A stretch of DNA of 64,000 nucleotides from contig JBMNTB010000003.1 of the NCBI GenBank assembly GCA_050945515.1, positions 44,954 through 108,953 of the forward strand, in the 5' to 3' direction. The translations under genes and the position numbers were made by a program. The notes below the pieces were generated by a model. That model was not told the DNA's origin. It did no database searches and was given only the letters and a program-made list of their open reading frames with translations. The stretch comes from Saccharofermentanales bacterium (GTDB taxonomy: Bacteria > Bacillota > Clostridia > Saccharofermentanales > DTU023). Each line of letters begins with the position of its first letter. Position 1 is the first letter of the stretch. Of the stretch, positions 1 through 8,375 are shown one piece after another.

Positions 1-329
1 TCAATCGAGCCGCCCTGGAAGTCCAACAGCCTCCATCTTTTGACTTCTTCGTACAGATAGCCCAGCAATCGTACGCCATCAGCCTGATCCAGGCGATAAC
101 TAATGCCCAGACGTGTAATCTGATTCTCAAGAATCCAGTCAATAATGATTTCGCGAGCCGAGGCATCACGGTAATCTGCCAGGGCTGCTTGGATATTAGA
201 ATCTGCAATTACAACAGGGAAACCGCATTCCTCCAGATGCTCGGCAGCTGACTGCAGTCCCAGTGTGTGGGCATCATTAGCAGGTTTGATCAGGCCATAG
301 ATATTATTAAACTCGGAAGTTCTCATCAT
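1..329 (-). CDS. Cobalamin (B12)-binding domain protein, 5' part only (gene runs off window start)
   Basis: Absent from the ORF track because it is open at the window edge. Hand translation of the minus strand from ATG at 329 gives MMRTSEFNNIYGLIKPANDAHTLGLQSAAEHLEECGFPVVIAD... It contains the DxHxxG cobalamin-ligand motif (DAHTLG). It lies 28 nt downstream of the preceding minus-strand gene, so the two are probably co-transcribed. Confidence 0.5.
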   Translation of the reverse strand, partial: MMRTSEFNNIYGLIKPANDAHTLGLQSAAEHLEECGFPVVIADSNIQAALADYRDASAREIIIDWILENQITRLGISYRLDQADGVRLLGYLYEEVKRWRLLDFQGGSI

Positions 330-357
330 TGTTTCACGGACGGGCAGACTATAATGC

Positions 358-1443
358 CTAATAAGGCTGCTCAGTCCTCAGTAAAGTCGCGTAGATATCT
401 TGAATATTGATCTCTTTCAGATGTCTGCCGATAGCCCGGAGATCAAGACGCAGCAATTTAGAAGCCAGATCAATCATCAACGAGGTATATTCGGTGCCAA
501 TATCCAGAAGTTGGGCTAAAGTCTCAAGCGGTACCAGGCCATAAGAAACATCTTCCAGAATATAGCGGTGATTAAGCGTATTGGGGGCATCAATATCGTC
601 ATAGGCATCGGTGCGCCTGATTACTTCATACAGATTTTCACCTTTGATATATTGGGTATGGTATGTGCGGTGAAACCATTCTTTGGTGCTGTCAATTACG
701 AAGCCAAGTGCTTCGGCTACCTGTAGCCGCTCGCGATCGATTTCTTCGATATAGGCGGCGATATGGGGCGTAATGCTGTCCCGGTAATACTTAAAGGTAA
801 AATCCGGATTTTCTATCCAGCCACTATTGAGTAAAACCGGCGCGCAGTGTAGGATCATGCCGATATTGCCGATGGAAGTCTGGATCATGGAAGCGGCAGG
901 CAAAAAATATGGCCGAATGCATTCGGGTAAATAATATACGATCTCCCGATTACTCATTTCTCCTATCCCCGCTACATATACGCTATCTTTAAGGGCTAGG
1001 ACATTCACCTTGTCCTGCGACTGTTTGCGACAGGTATGAATTACGGTCTGTGTTTCAGCGATTGTCGGGTTGAGAGGATTATCCTGCAGATGGAAATAAT
1101 GATTAAACTCGATAGCTCCGCAAGTGCGACCGGGACTTAGAATGATCGGACATTCTTTACGTAGCGTTCGCCCGATCATAATTGCCAGCTCCCGATGTGC
1201 GGTAGCGGGAGTAGCGATCAGGATCAAATCAGGTTGGTGCAGTGCCTCTGCAAGTTGATCAGTAACAGCGGACAGCTTGGCCCGGCCACTTATTTTCCCA
1301 ATAGCCTGAATGATTCCTGTTTGTTGTAAGATACTGATGTTTTCAATAGTCCGGTTCCACAAGGTGATCTCATGACCGTTTAAGGCTAGATGAGCGGCCA
1401 TTGCCGTCCCCGAGTTACCGGCGCCAATCACTGTAATTTTCAT
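358..1443 (-). CDS. NAD(P)-dependent octopine/nopaline (opine) dehydrogenase family protein
   Basis: ORF 358..1455. ATG at 1443 is preceded by GAGG with a 6-nt spacer and is preferred over TTG at 1455. The N-terminus has a Rossmann GxGxxG motif (MKITVIGAGNSGTAMA). Length and two-domain layout fit the opine dehydrogenase family. Confidence 0.6.
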   Translation of the reverse strand: MKITVIGAGNSGTAMAAHLALNGHEITLWNRTIENISILQQTGIIQAIGKISGRAKLSAVTDQLAEALHQPDLILIATPATAHRELAIMIGRTLRKECPIILSPGRTCGAIEFNHYFHLQDNPLNPTIAETQTVIHTCRKQSQDKVNVLALKDSVYVAGIGEMSNREIVYYLPECIRPYFLPAASMIQTSIGNIGMILHCAPVLLNSGWIENPDFTFKYYRDSITPHIAAYIEEIDRERLQVAEALGFVIDSTKEWFHRTYHTQYIKGENLYEVIRRTDAYDDIDAPNTLNHRYILEDVSYGLVPLETLAQLLDIGTEYTSLMIDLASKLLRLDLRAIGRHLKEINIQDIYATLLRTEQPY

Positions 1444-1532
1444 GATTTGCCTCAAATTCTAATTGCAATGCAAGCACAACAATAGGCGAGTTATTCCTGG
1501 CCAAGCTTCTCTTAAAAGTTGAGCTGTTAAAT

Positions 1533-1554
1533 GCAATATTAGGTGGCAATATTA
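1533..1554. promoter_or_regulatory. Direct repeat GCAATATTA-N4-GCAATATTA upstream of the opine-dehydrogenase operon (possible operator)
   Basis: Exact 9-mers at 1533-1541 and 1546-1554, about 90-110 nt upstream of the start at 1443. The function is inferred only. Confidence 0.25.
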
Positions 1555-1583
1555 AATGTAACACTCTGTAGTAAATGATTTTG

Positions 1584-1615
1584 TTTTCTCAGGCAGCCTA
1601 AGCTGCCTGAGAAAA
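1584..1615. repeat. Perfect inverted repeat (14-bp arms, 4-nt loop)
   Basis: The sequence is TTTTCTCAGGCAGC ctaa GCTGCCTGAGAAAA. It lies about 110 nt downstream of the stop of the first LRR gene. The T-run precedes the stem and the A-run follows it on both strands, so it is not a canonical intrinsic terminator. Confidence 0.8.
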
Positions 1616-1640
1616 TACATAATCATTCACTTGCAGCTAC

Positions 1641-2900
1641 AACCGGCTTAGAAATTTCGTATCATCCAAATTACATATTCCAATATAACGGCTCATAAGA
1701 TTATATAACGCATATGTCTTAATTCTAGCCGGTACGTAGATAGACACCGTTACTATCAAAGTAGTACCATTTGCCATCATCTAAAACCCAACCGGTCTTC
1801 ATGACGCCGGATTTACGATCTAAGAAGTACCATTTACCTCCATCTAATAGCCAGCCGGTTTGCATGGCGCCGGAACTACGATTTAAGAAGTACCATCTGC
1901 CACTGTCCAAAAGCCAGCCGGTTTGCATGGCGCCGGAATTACGATTTAAGAAGTACCATTTACCTCCATCTAATAGCCAGCCCGTTTGCATAGCACCGGA
2001 ATTACGATTTAAGAAGTACCATCTGCCACTGTCTAAAAGCCAACCCGTTTGCATAGCACCGGAACTACGATTTAAGAAGTACCACCTGCCACTGTCCAAG
2101 AGCCAGCCTGTTTGCATGATCCCGGAACTGCGATTTAAGAAGTACCACCTGCCGTTATCTAAGAGCCAACCGGTTTGCATCACTCCGGTACTGCGATTTA
2201 AGAAGTACCATCTGCCTCTGTCTAAGAGCCAGTCCGTACACATACGGCCACTGTCAGGATGGAAGTAATACCAATCACCTGCTTCAGACAAATACCAGCC
2301 ATGTTGTCTGGCACCGGTTTCATCGTCCAGATAATATTTATTATCTTCACTATCAGTATACCAACCGGTTACTTTCTCACCGCTTTCATCATAGAAATAC
2401 CATTCGCCGCCTTCTTCTACCCAGCCTGTAAGTATCCCCGACTTGACCCAGGTGAAGTATACTTCCATATCCGGTGTGGAGTCGAATATATAATCATCAT
2501 CGTATTCGTCATCAGGTGGAACATCAAGTTTGTCCCGATCCGCCTTCGTATCGTAGACATACCTTAGTTCCGCCTGCCCTATATCATCTTCTATCGTCAG
2601 AATGCCGCTGGTAGCATCATAATTGTAGCCAGCCGGCAACGGGTTGCCATTTGCCAAGGTCACAGCATTGATATTTGCAATGTCAACTCCGGCAAAGGAA
2701 CCTAGGTTAATCTTGTAGTAATTACCTTCTTGGATTCCCTGGATTTCTCCAGCGGCCTGTGGACAGGTACGTAATTGCCACAGCTCCGTACAAGCAGATA
2801 CATCCAGTGATGTCAGTTGATTGTTAGAACATTCAAGACGCCACAAATCTGCACAGGCAGACACGTCCAGCTCTGGTAGCTGATTATCAGAACAAGAAAG
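1641..2900 (-). repeat. Segmental duplication copy A (3' UTR plus C-terminal third of LRR paralog 1)
   Basis: Near-identical to 5198-6513. The copies differ by one 63-bp repeat unit and a 6-bp indel. Boundaries were judged by eye. Confidence 0.8.
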
Positions 2901-5096
2901 ATAAGCCAGGTTAATTAGATTCGCTACATCCAGCTCTGTTAGATAGTTACCATCACACCAAAGACGAGTTAGGTTAGTTAGATTCGCTACGTCCAGCTCT
3001 GTTAGCTGATTAGAAAAACAAGAAAGACGGATCAGTTTATTTAGATTCGATACATTAAGCTCCGTTAGCTGATTATCATAACAAAAAAGATCGGTTAGCT
3101 TATTTAAATTTGATACTTCCAGCTCTATGAGCTGATTCATACCACAGTTAAGATCAGTCAGGTTATTTAGATTCGATACATTAAGCTCCGTTAGCTGATT
3201 AAAATAACAATCAAGAAGAGTCAGGCTAGTCAGATTCGAGACGTCCAGCTCTGTTAGTTGATTAGAACCAAATCTAAGCTCAATCAGTTTATTAAGATTC
3301 GAAACATCCAGCTCAGTTAGTTGATTATAACCACAGTCAAGACGAGTCAGATTAGTTAGATTCGAAACATTCAGTTCTGTTAGCTGGTTATCACCGCAAT
3401 AAAGATGAGTCAGGCTCGTCAGATTCGAGACGTCCAGCTCAGTTAGTTGATTATAACTACAGTCAAGACGAGTCAGATTAGTTAGATTCGAAACATCCAG
3501 TTCTGTTAGTTGATTAGAATAACAAGAAAGCTCAGTCAGGTTAGTCAAATTCGATACGTCCAGATCTGTTAGTTGATTAGAGCCACAGCCAAGATCAGTC
3601 AGTTTATTTAGATTCGATACATTAAGCTCCGTTAGCTGATTATCACAACAATCAAGATAAGTCAGATTAGTTAGATTAGATACGTCAAGCTCTGTTAGTT
3701 GATTAGAATCACAAGAAAGAAAAGTCAGGTTAGTCAAATTCGATACGTCCAGATCTGTTAGCTGGTTTTCGTAACAGCCAAGATCCGTCAGGTTAGTTAG
3801 ATTCGTTACATCAAGCTCGGTTAGCTGATTAGAATAACAAGAAAGAAAAGTCAGGTTAACTAGATTTGATACGTTTAGTCCAGCTAGCTGATTGTCTCCA
3901 CACCAAAGCTTAGTCAGGCTCGTACAGCCTGTTACATTCAAATCTGTCAACTGATTAGAAGAACAAGAAAGCTCATTCAGGTTTGTTAGATTCGATACGT
4001 TAAGTCCTGTTAGCTGATTAGAATCACAAGAAAGATGCTCTAGATCAGCTAGATTCGAAACATCCAGATCTGTTAGTTGATTGTCTCCACACCAAAGCTT
4101 AGTCAGGCTCGTACAGCCTGTTACATTCAAATCTGTCAGCTGATTAGAAGAACAAGAAAGCTCATTCAGGTTTGTTAGATTCGATACGTTAAGTCCTGTT
4201 AGCTGATTAGAACCACAGCTAAGCTCATTCAGGTTTGTTAGATTAGATACGTTAAGCTCTGTTAGTTGATTGTAATAACAATGAAGATAGGTCAGGCTAA
4301 TTAGACTCGAAACGTTAAGCTCTGTTAGCTGATTAGAACCACAGTAAAGATGAATCAGGTTATTTAGATTAGTTACATTGAGTTCTGTTAACTGATTATT
4401 ATAACAATGAAGAGCATTCAGATTAGTTAAACTCGAAATATTAAGCTTTGTTAGATCGTTATCGTTACAAGAAAGAGAAGTCAGATAAGTAAAATGCTCA
4501 ATTCCGGTCATATCTGCTATACTTTGGCTACTGCAATTCATTTCGGTTACGTTACTTAGTTCGGAAACCTGTAGAGTACCATCATCATCTTGATCGTATT
4601 GCCTTACGTGTTCTCTGAAGTTTTCATCCGGGAAGTTAGTCTCGTTAATCTCCACATCACCTGCTGCTAAAGCCCTGACAGCAGACTCATCAACACTATC
4701 TGTTTCCGCTGCTTCCTCAGATACTGCATCTGCTTCAGCCATGTTGTCAGTCGCTAAGTCTGATACTGCGTCTGCCTGTTCTACATCCGTTGCTTCATCT
4801 GACGTATCTTCAGATGTCGGTTTATCTTGTTCTGCATCGACTGGTTTTTCGGCCATGCTATCAGTTGCTGAATCTGAGACTGTGTCTGCTTCTTCCTGTC
4901 CTACATCCGTTGCTTCATCTGACATATCTTCAGATATACCCGTATTTTCTTCAAACGGTTCATCTGCAAGCTCAGATTCAACATTCTCTGTAGAGCTACT
5001 CGCAAAGAGTGTCACTGTAAATACCTGCGAGGTCAAAACTGCTATTACTAACAGTATGGCCAGTAGCACTGATCTGCTCTTTTGTCTAGTCTTCAT
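1725..5096 (-). CDS. Secreted surface protein: signal peptide, acidic region, about 28 x 21-aa leucine-rich repeats, C-terminal 21-aa cell-wall/choline-binding-type repeats (paralog 1)
   Basis: 1123-aa ORF. AGGAGG lies upstream of ATG 5096. The signal peptide is MKTRQKSRSVLLAILLVIAVLTSQVF. The D/E/S/T-rich segment contains an internal repeat. LRR units follow the consensus LTELDVSNLTNLTxLxCxxNQ. The C-terminal repeats follow GWLLDxGxWYFLNRSSGxMQT (CW_binding_1-like GW/YF pattern). Confidence 0.9.
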   Translation of the reverse strand: MKTRQKSRSVLLAILLVIAVLTSQVFTVTLFASSSTENVESELADEPFEENTGISEDMSDEATDVGQEEADTVSDSATDSMAEKPVDAEQDKPTSEDTSDEATDVEQADAVSDLATDNMAEADAVSEEAAETDSVDESAVRALAAGDVEINETNFPDENFREHVRQYDQDDDGTLQVSELSNVTEMNCSSQSIADMTGIEHFTYLTSLSCNDNDLTKLNISSLTNLNALHCYNNQLTELNVTNLNNLIHLYCGSNQLTELNVSSLISLTYLHCYYNQLTELNVSNLTNLNELSCGSNQLTGLNVSNLTNLNELSCSSNQLTDLNVTGCTSLTKLWCGDNQLTDLDVSNLADLEHLSCDSNQLTGLNVSNLTNLNELSCSSNQLTDLNVTGCTSLTKLWCGDNQLAGLNVSNLVNLTFLSCYSNQLTELDVTNLTNLTDLGCYENQLTDLDVSNLTNLTFLSCDSNQLTELDVSNLTNLTYLDCCDNQLTELNVSNLNKLTDLGCGSNQLTDLDVSNLTNLTELSCYSNQLTELDVSNLTNLTRLDCSYNQLTELDVSNLTSLTHLYCGDNQLTELNVSNLTNLTRLDCGYNQLTELDVSNLNKLIELRFGSNQLTELDVSNLTSLTLLDCYFNQLTELNVSNLNNLTDLNCGMNQLIELEVSNLNKLTDLFCYDNQLTELNVSNLNKLIRLSCFSNQLTELDVANLTNLTRLWCDGNYLTELDVANLINLAYLSCSDNQLPELDVSACADLWRLECSNNQLTSLDVSACTELWQLRTCPQAAGEIQGIQEGNYYKINLGSFAGVDIANINAVTLANGNPLPAGYNYDATSGILTIEDDIGQAELRYVYDTKADRDKLDVPPDDEYDDDYIFDSTPDMEVYFTWVKSGILTGWVEEGGEWYFYDESGEKVTGWYTDSEDNKYYLDDETGARQHGWYLSEAGDWYYFHPDSGRMCTDWLLDRGRWYFLNRSTGVMQTGWLLDNGRWYFLNRSSGIMQTGWLLDSGRWYFLNRSSGAMQTGWLLDSGRWYFLNRNSGAMQTGWLLDGGKWYFLNRNSGAMQTGWLLDSGRWYFLNRSSGAMQTGWLLDGGKWYFLDRKSGVMKTGWVLDDGKWYYFDSNGVYLRTG

Positions 5097-5197
5097 TGCT
5101 TTCCTCCTGGTCGTCCAGTTATATTTACTCTTATATTATATATTATATGTAAAATATTATTTCGGATAAAAGTATTTCAAATATTATCTACTACTGT

Positions 5198-6513
5198 AAC
5201 CGGCTTAGAAATTTTGTATCATCCAAATTACATGTTCCAATATAACGGCTCATAAGATTATATAACGCATATGTCTTAATTCTAGCCGGTACGTAGATAG
5301 ACACCGTTGCTATCAAAGAAGTACCATTTGCCATCATCTAAAACCCAACCGGTTTGCATGATCCCCGAACTGCGGTTAAAGAAATACCACTTGCCACTGT
5401 CCAAGAGCCAGCCGGTTTGCATGGCGCCGGAACTACGATTTAGGAAGTACCACTTGCCACTGTCCAAAAGCCAGCCGGTTTGCATGGCGCCGGAACTACG
5501 ATTTAGGAAGTACCACTTGCCACTGTCCAAAAGCCAGCCGGTTTGCATGATACCGGAACTGCGGTTTAAGAAGTACCACCTGCCGTTATCTAAGAGCCAA
5601 CCAGTTTGCATCACTCCGGTACTGCGATTTAAGAAGTACCACCTGCCACTGTCCAAAAGCCAGCCTGTTTGCATAGCACCGGAACTACGATTTAAGAAGT
5701 ACCACTTGCCACTGTCCAAGAGCCAGCCTGTTTGCATGATTCCGGAACTGCGATTTAAGAAGTACCACCTGCCGTTATCTAAGAGCCAACCAGTTTGCAT
5801 CACTCCGGTACTGCGATTTAAGAAGTACCATCTGCCTCTGTCTAAGAGCCAGTCCGTACACATACGGCCACTGTCAGGATGGAAGTAATACCAATCACCT
5901 GCTTCAGACAAATACCAGCCATGCTGTCTGGCACCGGTTTCATCGTCCAGATAATATTTATTATCTTCACTATCAGTATACCAACCGGTTACTTTTTCAC
6001 CGGTTTCATCATAGAAATACCATTCGCCGGCTTCTTCTACCCAGCCTGTAAGTATCCCCGACTTGACCCAGGTGAAGTATACTTCCATATCCGGTGTGGA
6101 GTCGATTATGTCACCGTAGTCTTCATAAGGGGGGACATCAAGCTTGTCACGATTCGCCTTCGTATCGTAGACATACTTTAGTTCCGCCTGTTCCATACTA
6201 GCTTCTATCGTCAGAATGCCGCTGGTAGCATCATAATTGTAGCCAGCCGGCAACGGGTCGCCATTTGCCAAGGTCACAGCCTTGATATTTGCAATGTCAA
6301 CTCCGGCGAAGGAACCTAGGTTAATCTTGTAGTAATTACCTTCTTGGATTCCCTGGATTTCTCCAGCGGCCTGTGGACAGGTATGTAATTGCCACAGCTC
6401 TGTACAAGCAGATACGTCCAGTGATGTCAGTTGATTGTTAGAACAGTCAAGACGCCACAAATCTGCACAGGCAGACACGTCCAGCTCTGTTAGCTGATTA
6501 GAAAAACAAGAAA
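5198..6513 (-). repeat. Segmental duplication copy B (3' UTR plus C-terminal third of LRR paralog 2)
   Basis: Near-identical to 1641-2900, including the 84-bp stretch downstream of the stop codon (aaccggcttagaaatt...cttaattc). Confidence 0.8.
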
Positions 6514-8353
6514 GAGTATCCAGGTTTATACAATCAGCAACATTAAGTGCGGTTAATTTATTGTTTTCGCATGAAAGGGTGTTAAGGCTTGTACAATCAG
6601 ATGCATATAAAACTGTCAGTTTATTGGCATTGCAAGAAAGTTCCGTCAGATTTGTACAACCGGATACGTCCAGCTCAGTTAGATGATTAGAATCACAATC
6701 AAGATAAATCAGGTTGCTTAGATTTACTACGTTCAGCTCAGGTAGCTGATTGGAATCACAATAAAGAATAGTCAAGTTATTTAAATTCGCTATGTCCAGC
6801 TCTGTTAGCTGGTTATAACCACAATAAATCTCAGCCAAGCTATTCAGATTCGCTATATTCAGATCTGTTAGCTGATTAGAACCACAATTAAGAGAAGTCA
6901 AGTTATTTAGATTCGCTGCATTTAGCTCTGTTAGCTGATTAGAATTACAATCAAGATAAATCAGATTATTTAGATTCCCTACATTGAGTTCTGTTAATTG
7001 GTTAGAAGCACAAAAAAGATAAGTCAGGTTATTTAGATTCGCTGCGTCCAGCTTTGTTAGCTGATTAGAACCGCAGCCAAGACTAGTTAGGTTATTTAGA
7101 TTCGCTACATCAAGCCTTGCTAGCTGATTAGAATAACAATCAAGGTAAGTCAGGCTTGTTAGATTCGAAACACCTAGCTCTGTTAGCTGATTATAAGAAC
7201 AAAAAAGATTAGACAAACTTGTACAGCCAGTTACGTTCAACTCTGTTAGCTGATTAGAACTACAATAAAGACTAGTCAGGTTATTTAGATTCGCTACATC
7301 AAGCCTTGCTAGCTGATTAGAATAACAATCAAGATAAGTCAAACTAGTTAGACTGGATACATTAAGTTCTACTAGCTGATTAGAATTGCAATGAAGATGA
7401 GAAAGGTTTATTAGATTAGATACATTAAGCTCTGTTAGCTGATTAGAATCACAATCAAGGTAAGTCAGGTTATTTAAATTTGCTATGTTCAGCCCTGCTA
7501 GCTGATTAGAATAACAATCAAGATAAGTCAGATTGGTTAGATTAGATACGTCAAGCTCTGTTAGTTGATTAGCGTAACAAGAAAGAGAAGTAAGTTTAGT
7601 TAAATTTGATATGTTCAGATCCGTTAATTGATTGTTCCAACAATGAAGTTCAGCTAGATAAGTAAAATTCTCAATTCCGGTCATATCAGCTATGTTTTCG
7701 CTGCTACAGTCCATACTGGTGATGGCATTTAGTTCGGATACCTGTAGAGTACCATCGTCATCTTGATCATATTGCCTTACGTGTTCTCTGAAGTTCTCAT
7801 CCGGAAAGTTAGTCTCATTAATCTCTATATCACCTGATGCTAAAGCCCTGACAGCAGACTTATTAACGCTATCTACTTCCGCTGCTTCGCTAGCTACGGC
7901 ATATTCATCAGTTGTGTTGTCAACTGCGGACTCTCCTTCGGGTGCTGTATCTGTTGTTTCCGCAAGCATATCTTCAGATTTAGGCTTATCTTCTTCGGCA
8001 TTGTCGGTTTCTTCGCCCTGTTCCAATGTTTCGCTGGCAACATCATCTTCCTCGGCAGTGTTGTCAACTGCTGAATCTGTCACTGCGGGCTCTCCTTCCT
8101 GTGCTACTTCCGCAAATGCTTCTTCAATTGTCAACTCATGCTCTTCTGTGGGAGTAGGCCCATCTTCGTCAGTCGGCGCAACGTCTTCTTCAGAAGTGCT
8201 GGTTTCTGCAGTCTCTTCCGCTGCAGGCATAGGTTCTGCTCTATCCGCAGGGCTACTCGCAAAGAGTGTCAGCGTAAATACCTGGGAGGTCAAAACTGCT
8301 ATTACTAACAGTATGGCCAGTAGAACTGATCTGCTCTTTTGCCTGGTCTTCAT
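5282..8353 (-). CDS. Secreted LRR plus cell-wall-binding-repeat surface protein (paralog 2, about 20 LRR units)
   Basis: 1023-aa ORF. The first 27 aa are identical to paralog 1. It has the same pre-LRR module (INETNFPDENFREHVRQYDQDDDGTLQVSEL), post-LRR module and GW repeats. GGGGGAAGG lies upstream of ATG 8353. Confidence 0.9.
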   Translation of the reverse strand: MKTRQKSRSVLLAILLVIAVLTSQVFTLTLFASSPADRAEPMPAAEETAETSTSEEDVAPTDEDGPTPTEEHELTIEEAFAEVAQEGEPAVTDSAVDNTAEEDDVASETLEQGEETDNAEEDKPKSEDMLAETTDTAPEGESAVDNTTDEYAVASEAAEVDSVNKSAVRALASGDIEINETNFPDENFREHVRQYDQDDDGTLQVSELNAITSMDCSSENIADMTGIENFTYLAELHCWNNQLTDLNISNLTKLTSLSCYANQLTELDVSNLTNLTYLDCYSNQLAGLNIANLNNLTYLDCDSNQLTELNVSNLINLSHLHCNSNQLVELNVSSLTSLTYLDCYSNQLARLDVANLNNLTSLYCSSNQLTELNVTGCTSLSNLFCSYNQLTELGVSNLTSLTYLDCYSNQLARLDVANLNNLTSLGCGSNQLTKLDAANLNNLTYLFCASNQLTELNVGNLNNLIYLDCNSNQLTELNAANLNNLTSLNCGSNQLTDLNIANLNSLAEIYCGYNQLTELDIANLNNLTILYCDSNQLPELNVVNLSNLIYLDCDSNHLTELDVSGCTNLTELSCNANKLTVLYASDCTSLNTLSCENNKLTALNVADCINLDTLSCFSNQLTELDVSACADLWRLDCSNNQLTSLDVSACTELWQLHTCPQAAGEIQGIQEGNYYKINLGSFAGVDIANIKAVTLANGDPLPAGYNYDATSGILTIEASMEQAELKYVYDTKANRDKLDVPPYEDYGDIIDSTPDMEVYFTWVKSGILTGWVEEAGEWYFYDETGEKVTGWYTDSEDNKYYLDDETGARQHGWYLSEAGDWYYFHPDSGRMCTDWLLDRGRWYFLNRSTGVMQTGWLLDNGRWYFLNRSSGIMQTGWLLDSGKWYFLNRSSGAMQTGWLLDSGRWYFLNRSTGVMQTGWLLDNGRWYFLNRSSGIMQTGWLLDSGKWYFLNRSSGAMQTGWLLDSGKWYFLNRSSGAMQTGWLLDSGKWYFFNRSSGIMQTGWVLDDGKWYFFDSNGVYLRTG

Positions 8354-8375
8354 TTCCTTCCCCCTGTTTGCCTAT

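Noticed and set aside
1584-1615. The perfect 14-bp-arm palindrome as the intrinsic terminator of the LRR array.
   Set aside because: On both strands the T-run precedes the GC stem and the A-run follows it, the reverse of a functional terminator. It is kept only as an inverted repeat or hairpin of unknown role.
1771-2268. Plus-strand ORFs with a striking repetitive translation (KKYHLPLSKSQPVCM...) at 1771-2268, 5307-5888 and 8452-8913.
   Set aside because: They are the antisense reading of the 63-bp GW/cell-wall-binding repeats. The open frame is a by-product of the repeat, and there is no start context or RBS. The sense-strand proteins have full signal-peptide-to-anchor architecture.
2860-4520. 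A regular 63-bp periodicity that might look like a CRISPR-like array or a satellite.
   Set aside because: The units are contiguous with no unique spacers. They are in frame within long ORFs and encode a canonical LxxLxLxxN LRR pattern.
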